Below are positions 19,815 to 29,220 of a stretch of DNA of 64,000 nucleotides, piece by piece. Made by a program: the position numbers and the translations under genes. How positions within the stretch are numbered: position 1 is the first letter of the stretch; every line of letters begins with the position of its first letter. Origin of the DNA: an uncultured Candidatus Rokubacteria bacterium (lineage in GTDB: Bacteria > Methylomirabilota > Methylomirabilia > Rokubacteriales > CSP1-6); the NCBI GenBank assembly GCA_963771355.1, contig CAVYTA010000006.1:544001-608000 (forward strand), in the 5' to 3' direction. The notes under the pieces are model-generated. The model searched no databases and had not been told where the DNA came from. It saw only the letters and a list, made by a program, of their open reading frames with translations.

Positions 19815-21451
19815 GCGATCCAGGCCCCGCGCTCGCGCTCGGCGACCTGCTGGACGGGGCGGCCGCGCGGTACCCCGACCGGGAGGCGGTCGTCTTCCGC
19901 GACGAGCGGGTGACCTATCGCGAGCTCAAGCGCCGGGCGGACGACTTCGCGCGGGGGCTGCTGGACCTGGGCGTCCGGCCCGGCGATCACGTCGTCCTGT
20001 GGATGCCGAACCGCACCGAGTGGAACGTGGCCAATCTGGGCATCGCCAAGATCGGCGCGGTCACGGTGACGTGCAACAGCCGCTACAAGGCGTATGAAGT
20101 CGAGTACGTGCTTCGGCAGTCGGACGCCAAGGCCCTCATCATGGTCGACCGCTTCGCCGCCGCCAAGGTGGACTACCTCGCCATCCTCGACGAGCTGCTG
20201 CCCGAGGCGCGGGAAGCGGGCCCGCTCCGCAGCGCGCGGTTCCCCGCGCTCCGGCACCTGGTGGTGCTGGGGGACGCGGTGCCTGCCGGCGCCCGGGCCT
20301 TCGAGGCGGTGGAGCGCGCGGGCGGACGGCCGGGCTCGCCCGCGCTCGGCGGCATCGTCGTGCGGCCCGACGATCCCGTCGAGATGCTCTACACGTCGGG
20401 CACCACCGGCGAGCCCAAGGGTTGCCTCCTCTCGCACGGGAACATGTACTACAAGTGCCGCGTGTACGTGGACCTGCACCGCTGGACACACGCCGACCGC
20501 TACCTCGTGCCGGTGCCGTACTTCCACATCTTCGGCTCCATGGGCGGCGTGGCCGCCAACTGCCTCGCGGGCTCCACCCAGGTGGTGATGGAGGTGTTCG
20601 ACGCGGGCGAGGCCATGCGGCTCATCGAGGCCGAGCGCGTCACCATCTTCTCGGGCGTGCCCACCATGTTCATCACCCTGCTGGGCCATCCCGCCTTCGG
20701 AACGTTCGACCTCTCGTCGCTCCGCACGGGCTCCATCGGGGCGGCGCCGGTGCCGGTGGAGATCATGCGCCGGATCCTCGACCGCGAGGCGGGCCTGGGC
20801 ATGGACGCCCTCGTGGTGTATGGGCTCACCGAGGCCACCGGGGGCACGCACTGGACGCGCGGGGGCGATCCCATCGAGAAGCGGGTGGCCACGGTGGGGC
20901 TGCGCACGCCGGAGATCGAGGACCGCATCGTGGATCCCGTGACCGGCCGCCCGCTGCCGCCAGGGCAGGAGGGCGAGGTCTGCATCAAGGGGCCGACCCT
21001 CATGCTGGGCTACTACAAGAAGCCCGACGCCACCGCGGACAAGGTCCGCGACGGATGGCTGCACACGGGTGACATGGGGATCAAGGACGCCGACGGCTAT
21101 CTCCGCATCACCGGCCGCGTCACCGACATGATCATCGTGGGCGGATTCAACACCTACCCGGCCGAGATCGAGAACTTCTTCCTCCGCCATCCCGGCATCC
21201 TCGACGTGTCCATCGTGGGGGTGCCGGATCCGGTGATGGGCGAGGTGGTGATGGCCTTCGTGATCCCCAGGCCCGGGCACGTTCTTTCCCCGGACGACGT
21301 GGTGGCCTTCGCGCGCGACCGGATCGCCAACTTCAAGCTGCCGCGCTACGTGGAGATCGTGGACCAGTTCCCGCTCACCGGTTCGGGGAAGGTCCAGAAA
21401 TTCAAGCAGAAGGCCTACGCGGTCGAGAAGTACGATCTCAAGGGACCGTAG
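19811..21451 (+). CDS. Acyl-CoA synthetase (AMP-forming)
   Basis: YTSGTTGEPKG, YGLTE, GWLHTGD, FPLTGSGKVQK; GTG overlaps upstream stop. Confidence 0.92.
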   Translation: MSDPGPALALGDLLDGAAARYPDREAVVFRDERVTYRELKRRADDFARGLLDLGVRPGDHVVLWMPNRTEWNVANLGIAKIGAVTVTCNSRYKAYEVEYVLRQSDAKALIMVDRFAAAKVDYLAILDELLPEAREAGPLRSARFPALRHLVVLGDAVPAGARAFEAVERAGGRPGSPALGGIVVRPDDPVEMLYTSGTTGEPKGCLLSHGNMYYKCRVYVDLHRWTHADRYLVPVPYFHIFGSMGGVAANCLAGSTQVVMEVFDAGEAMRLIEAERVTIFSGVPTMFITLLGHPAFGTFDLSSLRTGSIGAAPVPVEIMRRILDREAGLGMDALVVYGLTEATGGTHWTRGGDPIEKRVATVGLRTPEIEDRIVDPVTGRPLPPGQEGEVCIKGPTLMLGYYKKPDATADKVRDGWLHTGDMGIKDADGYLRITGRVTDMIIVGGFNTYPAEIENFFLRHPGILDVSIVGVPDPVMGEVVMAFVIPRPGHVLSPDDVVAFARDRIANFKLPRYVEIVDQFPLTGSGKVQKFKQKAYAVEKYDLKGP

Positions 21452-21468
21452 CCCCGCTGGCCCGCCGA

Positions 21469-22533
21469 TTACTCGAGGGACTTCTTCCGGATCTCCTCGA
21501 GCATCCCGAGCGGCACGCTGAGGAAGCTCCCCACCACGGCGGGGTCGAAGTGGGTGCCCCCCGAGCGCCGGATCTCGCCGCGCGCGTCCTCGAAGGCGAT
21601 GGCGCGCGAGTAGGGCCGGTCGAAGGTCATGGCGTCGAAGGCATCCGCCACCGCGAAGATGCGCGCGCCGAGCGGGATGGCCTCGCCCTTGAGACCCTGC
21701 GGATAGCCGGTGCCGTCCCAGCGCTCGTGATGGTGGTAGACGATGGGCACCGCCGGGCGCAGGAAGGGGATCTGCTCCACCAGCTGCCGGCCGATCTCGG
21801 GATGCGTCCGCATGATCTTCCACTCCGCGGGCGTGAGCGGCCCCGGCTTGAGGAGAATGGCGTCGGGAATGCCGATCTTGCCGATGTCGTGGAGGAGCAC
21901 GCCGTGCTCGAGGTCCCGGAGCGCCTTCTCGTCGGTCATGCCATGGGTCCGCGCGAGGAGGAGCGAGTAACCGCGTACGCGGCGCGAGTGTGCCTGCGTG
22001 CCGAGGTCGCGGGTGTCGATGGCGGACCCGAGCGCCTCCAGCGTGCTGCGGTAGGTTTCCTCCAGCGCGCCCAGCGTGGTCTCGAGGTCGCGCGTGGCCT
22101 CCGCCACCCGCCGCTCCAGGAGGGTGTGGTACTCGCGGCGCTCGATGAGCAGCTCCCGGTGCTCCAGCGCGCGCTCGGCCGCGACGAGGAGCTGATCCAT
22201 GTTCACCGGCTTGAGGATGAAGTCGTAGGCGCCGTACTTCAGGCTCTCCACCGCGGTCTGGATGTCCCCCACGCCGGTGAGGACGAGGAAGGCCGCGTCG
22301 GGATCGATGGCGCGGGCCTGGCGGAGGAACTCGACCCCGTTCATGGCCGGCATGTCCACGTCGGTGACGGTGAGCAGCGGCCGCTCGGCGCCGAAGCGCT
22401 CCAGCCCCTCCGCGCCGTTGGCGGCCTGGCGGCAGTCGTACCCGCTGCCGGTGAAGAACTCGGACAGCACGCGCCGGATCTGGCGGTCGTCGTCCACGAT
22501 GAGCACCCGGCGGGCGGGGCGGTCCGAGCTCAC
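21469..22533 (-). CDS. Response regulator with HD-GYP c-di-GMP phosphodiesterase (RpfG-like)
   Basis: REC (IVDDD, TDVDMP, KP) + HDIGKIG, HHHERWDGTGYP, ADAFDAMT. Confidence 0.92.
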   Translation of the reverse strand: MSSDRPARRVLIVDDDRQIRRVLSEFFTGSGYDCRQAANGAEGLERFGAERPLLTVTDVDMPAMNGVEFLRQARAIDPDAAFLVLTGVGDIQTAVESLKYGAYDFILKPVNMDQLLVAAERALEHRELLIERREYHTLLERRVAEATRDLETTLGALEETYRSTLEALGSAIDTRDLGTQAHSRRVRGYSLLLARTHGMTDEKALRDLEHGVLLHDIGKIGIPDAILLKPGPLTPAEWKIMRTHPEIGRQLVEQIPFLRPAVPIVYHHHERWDGTGYPQGLKGEAIPLGARIFAVADAFDAMTFDRPYSRAIAFEDARGEIRRSGGTHFDPAVVGSFLSVPLGMLEEIRKKSLE

Positions 22534-23531
22534 GTCGAGCGCCCCGGCTTGCGCGTGGTAGCCGCGGCGGCGCCCACGTCCTCGAACACCGACACGCGGT
22601 TCTTCCCCGCGCGCTTGGCCGCGTACAGCGCCTCGTCGGCGGCGCGGATGAGATCGTCGGCGGCGGGCGCCACGTCCTCGGGCAGCGCGGCGATCCCGAA
22701 GCTGGCGGTGACGCGGCGACCGTTCGCGAAGGGATAGGTGGCGAGCACCTGCCGGATGCGGTCGGCGTACAGGCGCGCCCCCGCCTTGGAGGTCTCCACC
22801 AGGAGCACCGCGAACTCGTCCCCGCCGTAGCGGCAGATCACGTTGATGCCGCGCGAGTACTTGAGGAGGATGTCCGCCATGTCGCGCAGGGTCGCATCGC
22901 CGGCGCCGTGCCCCAGCTCGTCGTTGACGGCCTTGAAGCCGTCGAGGTCGATCAGCATCACCGACACGGGATGGTTGAATCGGCGGTAGCGCGAGACCTC
23001 CTCCTCGAGCCGGATGGAGAAGAAGCGACGATTGTAGAGCCCGGTGACTTCGTCCTTGAAGGAGAACTCCTTGAGGCGCGCATTGTTGAACTCGAGCTCC
23101 TTGTACGCGGCCTCGAGCCGCTGGGCGAAGTCGTTGATCTCGTTGCCCTGCTCCTCGATCTTTCCGAGGATGCGGGAGAACGAGCCCATCATCACGCCCG
23201 TCTCCTTGCCCTCCGGGCTGTCCGCGCTCGCCGCCGTCGGTGAGGCCGCGTCGGCGAGCTCGGCGCCGTCCCGGCGCGACCCCGGCCCCGCCAGGGCGGG
23301 CATCCGCGCGAGGGCCAGCCCGCCGGCGAGCGACAGCAGGACGACGAGGACGACGAGGATCTGGGCGGCGACCAGGGCCGCTCGGCCAGGGCCGGGCGCC
23401 AGGAGCGGTCGCAGCGCGAACTCCAAGACCAGGACAAGACCCGTCATCGCGACGGCCGCCGCCGCGACGAGACCAACGGCACCAGTCCAACTGCGGGGAC
23501 TCGGGACGGTAAGCATGGAGCTCGGCACCAA
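22530..23531 (-). CDS. Membrane-bound diguanylate cyclase
   Basis: Two TM helices, coiled coil, DEVTGLYNRR, IDLDGFKAVND, RYGGDEF; start uncertain. Confidence 0.9.
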   Translation of the reverse strand: MVPSSMLTVPSPRSWTGAVGLVAAAAVAMTGLVLVLEFALRPLLAPGPGRAALVAAQILVVLVVLLSLAGGLALARMPALAGPGSRRDGAELADAASPTAASADSPEGKETGVMMGSFSRILGKIEEQGNEINDFAQRLEAAYKELEFNNARLKEFSFKDEVTGLYNRRFFSIRLEEEVSRYRRFNHPVSVMLIDLDGFKAVNDELGHGAGDATLRDMADILLKYSRGINVICRYGGDEFAVLLVETSKAGARLYADRIRQVLATYPFANGRRVTASFGIAALPEDVAPAADDLIRAADEALYAAKRAGKNRVSVFEDVGAAAATTRKPGRST

Positions 23532-23669
23532 GAATAACGGGGTTCCCGGCCGAGCCGGCGAGCTATTTCTGGCCTGCCGCGATTATTCTCCTCCGTCTCG
23601 CGGGGTGTCAACCGAGCGGGGAGCCGGCTTGACGGGGCGGCGAGGCGTGGGGTAGGGTAGGGCCACACG

Positions 23670-23918
23670 ATGGAAACGTCGAAAGTCGTCAATGTTGACA
23701 GGCAGATTGACTGCATCGGTCTTTTCTGTCCCATGCCGATCGTGAAGACGCGCGAGGCCATCCGCGAGATGACGGTGGGCCAGGTCCTCGAGATGCACTC
23801 CGATGATCCCGCCTCCGACGCGGACATGAAGACCTGGGCCGAGCGCTCCGGTCACGAGTTGATCGGTGTCTCCCGGGAAGGAGCCGTCTACCGGTTCCTG
23901 GTCCGGAAGACGCGGTAG
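23670..23918 (+). CDS. tusA: Sulfur carrier TusA/SirA family
   Basis: IDCIGLFCPMPIVK (CPxP) and DDPASDAD motifs, 82 aa. Confidence 0.9.
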   Translation: METSKVVNVDRQIDCIGLFCPMPIVKTREAIREMTVGQVLEMHSDDPASDADMKTWAERSGHELIGVSREGAVYRFLVRKTR

Positions 23919-23922
23919 GGGC

Positions 23923-25191
23923 GTGGAGGCAGGCGGAGAATCCCCGGGTCGCGTCTATCTCGACTACGCCGGCTTCGCGCCGGTGGACCCGCGCGTCCTT
24001 GCCGTGATGCGGCCGTTCCTCGAAGCGGGGATCGGCAATCCCTCCGCCCGCCACTCCCTCGGCGCGGAGGCGCGCGAGTCGCTGGAAGCCGCCCGCCTCA
24101 AGGTGGCGCGGCTCGTGGGCGGCGCGCCCGGAGGGATCGTCTTCACCTCCGGCGCCACCGAGGCCAACAACCTCGCCGTCAAGGGCACCACGCTCCGCGC
24201 CGGGGAGCGCGGTGCCCACGTGATCGCGTCCTGCGTCGAGCACATCTCGGTGCTCAACGCGTGCCGCGAGCTCGAAAAGGGGGGCACGACGGTCACGCTG
24301 CTGCCCGTGGACGGGCAGGGACGCGTGGATCCCGACGCGCTTCGCCGCGCGCTGCGCCCCGACACCGCGCTCGTTTCCATCGCGGCCGCCAATGAGGAGA
24401 TCGGCACGCTGCAGCCGCTCGCGGAGCTGGCGCGGGTGACCCGGGCGGCGCGGGTGCCGCTGCACGTGGACGGCGTGGGCGCCATCGGACGCACCGTGCT
24501 GTCCGCGGAGCCGCTCGGCATCGATCTGCTCACGCTGTCCGGCAACGACATCTACGGGCCGCCCGGCACGGGAGCACTGTGGGTGCGGCCCGGCGTCAAG
24601 CTGGCGCCGCAGATCCTGGGCGGGGGCCAGGAAGTGGGGCTCCGCTCGGGAACGGAGAATCTTCCCGCGCTGGTCGGGCTCGGGGTGGCGGCGGAGCTCA
24701 TCCGCACCGAGTCGGCGCATGGGGAGCCCGCTCGGCTCGCCTCACTGCGCGACCGGCTGCTACAGGGCGTGCTGGAGGCGGTGCCCGAGTGCCGGGTCAC
24801 CGGGCCGCTCGACCGTCGCCTCCCGCATCACGCGAGCATGATCGTGGCCGGCGTGAAGGCGGACAGCGTGCTGCTGGACCTCGACCTCGCGGGCATCGCC
24901 GCCTCGTCCGGCTCCGCCTGCGCCACCCTGACCCAGACGCCCTCGCATGTGCTGCGGGCGATCGGCTGCACGGCCGCCGAGGCGGAAGGCTCCCTCTGCT
25001 TCACCCTCGGCCGCTGGAGCACCGCCACGGAAGTGGAGCTGCTCCTCGACCGCCTGCCGACCATCGTGGCGCGTCTCCGCGCGGTCGCCCCCGCGCCGGC
25101 CGCGCCCCGTGCCCCCGGCGCGCGCGGCGCGCCCACTCCGCCTCGCGCTCCGAGCGCCCGCAGCGCCCCCACCCCGCGCCGCGCCCCGTGA
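23923..25191 (+). CDS. IscS/NifS-like cysteine desulfurase homologue with PLP Lys replaced by Asp
   Basis: YLDY, GNPS, FTSGATEANN, GGGQEVGLRSGTEN, SSGSAC retained; SGND at the canonical SxHK position. Confidence 0.88.
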   Translation: MEAGGESPGRVYLDYAGFAPVDPRVLAVMRPFLEAGIGNPSARHSLGAEARESLEAARLKVARLVGGAPGGIVFTSGATEANNLAVKGTTLRAGERGAHVIASCVEHISVLNACRELEKGGTTVTLLPVDGQGRVDPDALRRALRPDTALVSIAAANEEIGTLQPLAELARVTRAARVPLHVDGVGAIGRTVLSAEPLGIDLLTLSGNDIYGPPGTGALWVRPGVKLAPQILGGGQEVGLRSGTENLPALVGLGVAAELIRTESAHGEPARLASLRDRLLQGVLEAVPECRVTGPLDRRLPHHASMIVAGVKADSVLLDLDLAGIAASSGSACATLTQTPSHVLRAIGCTAAEAEGSLCFTLGRWSTATEVELLLDRLPTIVARLRAVAPAPAAPRAPGARGAPTPPRAPSARSAPTPRRAP

Positions 25192-25883
25192 CCGCCTGGC
25201 GTCGTCTCGTCCTCTGGGACATCGACGGCACCCTCCTGTCTGCGCGCGGCGCAGGGCGGCGGGCGCTGGGCCGTGCGCTCGAGCGCGTGTACGGGACCGC
25301 CGGACGCATCGACGACTACGACTTCCGGGGCAAGACCGATCCGCGCATCGTCCTCGATCTCATGGGCGTGGCGGGCCTGGCTGACGACGCCATCCGCGCC
25401 GGCTTCGACGAGTGCTTCGAGTGCTACGCGCGCGGGCTGACGGAGGAGATCGGCGACGGCGCCGGGGTGAAGCTCCTGCCCGGCGTGCCGGAGCTGGTCC
25501 GGCGACTGGACGGGACGCCCGGCGTCATGCAGGGCCTGCTCACCGGCAATATCGAGGCAGGTGCGCACATCAAGCTCGCCTCCACCGGGCTTGGGCCCTT
25601 CTTCCGCACCGGCGCCTACGGCTCCGATGACGCCGATCGGCGGCGGCTACCCTCGCTGGCGGCGCGGCGCGCGGAGGCCCTCGTCGGCCACCGCTTCGCT
25701 CCGCCCGACGTGCTGGTGATCGGCGACACCCCGCTCGACGTGGAGTGCGCGCGCGCCTTCGGCGCCGTGGCGGTGGCCGTGGCCACCGGCTTTCATCCGC
25801 GTGAGGAGCTGGCCGCCCTGCGCCCCGATCTCCTCTTCGACGACTTCGCCGACGTGGAGGCCGCCGCCGCGCTTCTGGGCTGA
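25188..25883 (+). CDS. HAD-superfamily hydrolase
   Basis: WDIDGTL motif I, LLTGN motif II, IGDTPLD motif IV. Confidence 0.9.
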   Translation: MTAWRRLVLWDIDGTLLSARGAGRRALGRALERVYGTAGRIDDYDFRGKTDPRIVLDLMGVAGLADDAIRAGFDECFECYARGLTEEIGDGAGVKLLPGVPELVRRLDGTPGVMQGLLTGNIEAGAHIKLASTGLGPFFRTGAYGSDDADRRRLPSLAARRAEALVGHRFAPPDVLVIGDTPLDVECARAFGAVAVAVATGFHPREELAALRPDLLFDDFADVEAAAALLG

Positions 25884-25896
25884 GGTCGCGCCCCGG

Positions 25897-26088
25897 TCAC
25901 GGGCCGCCGCGCGAGAGACAGGCACCGTCCAGGAACCCCAGCCCCTGGCGGGCGCACTCCGCGCGGCGGTCCCGATCACGCTCTGCCCAGGCTTGCTGGG
26001 CGGCGGCCCGCTCCTCCGGCGTGACCGCGCAGGCCGCCGCGAGCGCCACGAGCACCATCAGCACGACGCCTCGAGCCACTTGACCCAT
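25897..26088 (-). CDS. Small putative lipoprotein
   Basis: Signal peptide with lipobox LAAAC; GGAGG SD; two further Cys. Confidence 0.55.
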   Translation of the reverse strand: MGQVARGVVLMVLVALAAACAVTPEERAAAQQAWAERDRDRRAECARQGLGFLDGACLSRGGP

Positions 26089-26166
26089 GCCTCCAGTACG
26101 CATGGGGCCGCGTTCTCTGTCCACGATAAGGAGTGCGTTCGCCGGCACGCTCATCCGCATGGCCTC

Positions 26167-26820
26167 CTAGGCGGGCAGCCCGGTGATCTTGATGCCGGAG
26201 TTCTTGAGCTTGTAGCGGCGGTTGATGGTGGCGAGCACGGCGGTGATGCCCTCCAGCGACCCCGCATTGGTCAGCGGCCCCACGTCGATGGCGCGGAGCC
26301 CCATCGACGTCCCCAGCTCGGTCACCTGCTTCTTCGCCTCCGCGTCTCCGCCGCAGAGCAGCAGGTCGCACTCGATGGCGTGGTCGGTGGCCGAGAGCTC
26401 ATGGGCGGCGATGTGGTGGAACGCGGCCACCACCCGGGCCTCGGGCCCGAGCAGCTCCTGCACCACCTCCGCCGCGGAGCCGGGGGGCGGCGGCGTGAAG
26501 AGGCGGGGCCCCCCGAAGGTGAGCGGGACCACGGTGCTCACCACCACCTTGCCCCGGCAGGCGTCCTTGACGTCCGGGACAGTCGCCGCGAGGCCGTCGG
26601 CGGGCACCGCGAGCACCACGATGTCGGCGGCGGCGGCCGCGTCGCGATTGCCCGCGCCGGTGATGCGGGCGCCGGGCACCGCCGCAGCCAGCTCGGCGGC
26701 CTTGGCCTGGGCCCGCGCGGCGTCCCGGGAGCCGATGACGATCTCGTGCCCCGCCTGGGCCCAGCGCGCTCCCAGCCCCGCGCCTTCCTTCCCAGTCCCG
26801 CCGACAATGCCGATTTTCAT
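26167..26820 (-). CDS. npdG: NADPH-dependent F420 reductase (Fno)
   Basis: KIGIVGGTGKEG, IGSRD, VVAAFH, DLLLCGGD; F420 gene context. Confidence 0.9.
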   Translation of the reverse strand: MKIGIVGGTGKEGAGLGARWAQAGHEIVIGSRDAARAQAKAAELAAAVPGARITGAGNRDAAAAADIVVLAVPADGLAATVPDVKDACRGKVVVSTVVPLTFGGPRLFTPPPPGSAAEVVQELLGPEARVVAAFHHIAAHELSATDHAIECDLLLCGGDAEAKKQVTELGTSMGLRAIDVGPLTNAGSLEGITAVLATINRRYKLKNSGIKITGLPA

Positions 26821-26860
26821 GACCTGGTCTCTCTTTAGGGTGGATCGGGTCAGAATTGCG

Positions 26861-27613
26861 TTAACGGAAGAGATCGCGCGAAGGGTCGCGGAGCAGCGGG
26901 CGGCTGTCCGACTCGGCCGCAGTCCATCGGACCCCGCGGATGATGGCGACCGGGATGCGGTCGAGCTTGCCCATCACCGGCTCCGCGGCGGAGGCCAGCT
27001 CGTCGGCGAGCGCGAGAATGGTGGCCTGGAGCACATGACCCGCCGGGTCCGTCTCGCCGAGATAGCTGACGATGGGCTCGAAGCCGGCCAGGCCCACCGC
27101 GACATTCACGAGCCCCTCGCGCCAGGGCCGGCCGAAGGTGTCCGCGATCACGACCGCGAGCGTGTGGCCGGTGAGCGCGGCGATCCGGCTCCGGAGGGCG
27201 CGCGCGGAGGCGTCGGAATCCAGGGGCAGCAGGCAGGCGGTGTCGGCGTCCACGTTCGACTGATCGACGCCCGCATTGGCGCAGATCCAGCCATGGTGCG
27301 TCTCGACGATGAGGACGCCCTTGGCGTGGCGCACGATGCGCCGGCTCTCGCCGAGTATCACCTCCACCAGCCGGGGATCGCGGTCGATCTCCAGCGCGAG
27401 CGCCTGGGCACGGGGGGACACCGCCACCTGGTCGAGACGGACGAGCCGGCCCTCCGTCTTGGAGACGATCTTCTGACTCACCACGAGGAGATCGCCGGCG
27501 GCCAGCGGCGTGCCCTGGGCGCGGGCGGCGTCCACGATGAGGGGTCCGAGATCGGCGCCCCGCGCGATCTCGGGGAGGCCCGCGACGCCGATCACCTCGA
27601 AGCGCGGCGGCAT
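26861..27613 (-). CDS. cofE: Coenzyme F420-0:L-glutamate ligase (single domain)
   Basis: SQKIVSKTEG, CANAGVDQSN, DTFGRPWREG, ADELASAA. Confidence 0.93.
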   Translation of the reverse strand: MPPRFEVIGVAGLPEIARGADLGPLIVDAARAQGTPLAAGDLLVVSQKIVSKTEGRLVRLDQVAVSPRAQALALEIDRDPRLVEVILGESRRIVRHAKGVLIVETHHGWICANAGVDQSNVDADTACLLPLDSDASARALRSRIAALTGHTLAVVIADTFGRPWREGLVNVAVGLAGFEPIVSYLGETDPAGHVLQATILALADELASAAEPVMGKLDRIPVAIIRGVRWTAAESDSRPLLRDPSRDLFR

Positions 27614-27616
27614 CGT

Positions 27617-28291
27617 CTAGCCGGCGGCGGAGAGGCGCGCCGCGATGCCGCGCGCGAGCAGCAGGCGGCCGGCGCGGGTGTGGGGGCCGCGCGCGAGGAG
27701 CAGGCGAAGGTCCTCGGGCGCGTCCACGTCGAGACCGATCCCGGGGAGCTCGAGCACGGTCGGGATGAGACCGTGGGCGCGCGCCGCGTCGAGGTGATTC
27801 GCGAACGAGGGCTCGCCGAACTTGAGCGGCATGGCGTCGGGCGGCGCCAGCAGCGCGGCGTTGGTCCCGAAGCCGGACAGCGAGGGCACGAAGGCCGCGC
27901 CGGGGCTGCCGCCCAGCGCGGCGAGGAGCGCGCGGACCTCCGCCGCCGAGGCGCAGGGCACGTCCCCGGGGATGGTGAGGAATCGGGCGAAGCCGCGCTC
28001 CGCCGCCACGCGCTGGCCGAGCGCCACCGCTTCCGTGTGCCCGCGGTTCGCGCTCTCGGTGAGGCAGGGGGTCCCGCGGCGGCTCGCCAGCGCCAGCACC
28101 TCGAGGTCCTTGGTCACGAGGTGCACCGCTACGTCGTCCACGGCGTCGAGGGCGTCGAGCACGTCCTCCAGCATGGCCGCGGCGAGATCATGGCGCTCGT
28201 CGGGAGCCAGGGCGGGCATCAACCGCTGCTTGGCATTGAGGAGGTCCTTGACCGGGAGCGCGGCCAGCACGGTGGGAGCCGACCTGGTCAT
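27617..28291 (-). CDS. cofC: 2-phospho-L-lactate/PEP guanylyltransferase (FbiD)
   Basis: LPVKDLLNAKQRL, PGDVP, GTNA, FGEPSF, LDVDAPEDL. Confidence 0.9.
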   Translation of the reverse strand: MTRSAPTVLAALPVKDLLNAKQRLMPALAPDERHDLAAAMLEDVLDALDAVDDVAVHLVTKDLEVLALASRRGTPCLTESANRGHTEAVALGQRVAAERGFARFLTIPGDVPCASAAEVRALLAALGGSPGAAFVPSLSGFGTNAALLAPPDAMPLKFGEPSFANHLDAARAHGLIPTVLELPGIGLDVDAPEDLRLLLARGPHTRAGRLLLARGIAARLSAAG

Positions 28292-29214
28292 GGGATCAGC
28301 GTCAAGAGATGCCGCGCCAGCGCGGTCTCCGCCGCGCGGCCGGTCATGAGCGTGTCGGCGGTCGCCGCCCGGGGGCCCAGGGCCTCGATCTCGGGGACCA
28401 GCGCGCGATCGCGCTCGTCGGCCACCAGGACGTCGAGCCAGCCGGCGTAGGCGCGGGCCACCCCCGCGGCGGACACCGGCAGCCCCGCCATGGCCATGAG
28501 GCGCCCCGCCGGCCCCGAGACCGCGTCGCCGCCGATTATGGGGCTCACCGCGAGGACGGTGGCGCGCGTGGCCGCCAGCGCGGCGGCGATCCCGGGCACG
28601 GCCAGGATCGGCCCCACCGAGGTGATGGGGTTGGACGGGCAGACGATCACCGCTCCCGCTTCCGCGATGGCGGCCACCACGCCCGGCGCCGGCGCCGCCG
28701 CGGCCGCGCCCGCGTACTCGACGGCGCGGACGTCCGTCTGGGCCTTCTCGCGCACGAAGTACTCCTGGAAGGAGATCCACCCCTCGGGCCCGAGGATGCG
28801 GGTGCGCACGGGCTGGTCCGACATGGGCAGCACGCGGGCGGGCACCCCCAGCGCGGCGACGATGTCCGCGGTGATCTCGGTGAGCGTGCGCCCCTCGCGG
28901 AGGAGTCGGGTGCGGTGCAGGTGGGTGGCGAGGTCGCGATCGCCCAGCCCGAACCACGCGGGCTCGCCGAAGCGGGGCATCTGCTCCAGCGCGTGGAAGG
29001 TCTCGTCGCGGAGCCCCCAGCCCTTCCGCTCGTCGATGAGGCCGGCGAGGGTGTAGCAGACAGTGTCCAGATCTGGGGAAACGTGCAGGCCCCAGATCTC
29101 GGTGTCGTCGCCGGTATTGCCGATGATGGTGAGCTCCGCGGGATCGACCAGCGGCGCCAGGCCGCGCAAGAGCTTGGCCGCGCCGGTGCCCCCGGCGAGA
29201 GCGACGATCTTCAT
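28288..29214 (-). CDS. cofD: 2-phospho-L-lactate transferase (FbiA)
   Basis: LAGGTGAAK, NTGDD, SPDLDT, LGDRDLATH, FQEYFV, PSNPITS, SGPA. Confidence 0.95.
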   Translation of the reverse strand: MKIVALAGGTGAAKLLRGLAPLVDPAELTIIGNTGDDTEIWGLHVSPDLDTVCYTLAGLIDERKGWGLRDETFHALEQMPRFGEPAWFGLGDRDLATHLHRTRLLREGRTLTEITADIVAALGVPARVLPMSDQPVRTRILGPEGWISFQEYFVREKAQTDVRAVEYAGAAAAAPAPGVVAAIAEAGAVIVCPSNPITSVGPILAVPGIAAALAATRATVLAVSPIIGGDAVSGPAGRLMAMAGLPVSAAGVARAYAGWLDVLVADERDRALVPEIEALGPRAATADTLMTGRAAETALARHLLTLIP

Positions 29215-29220
29215 CGCGAC

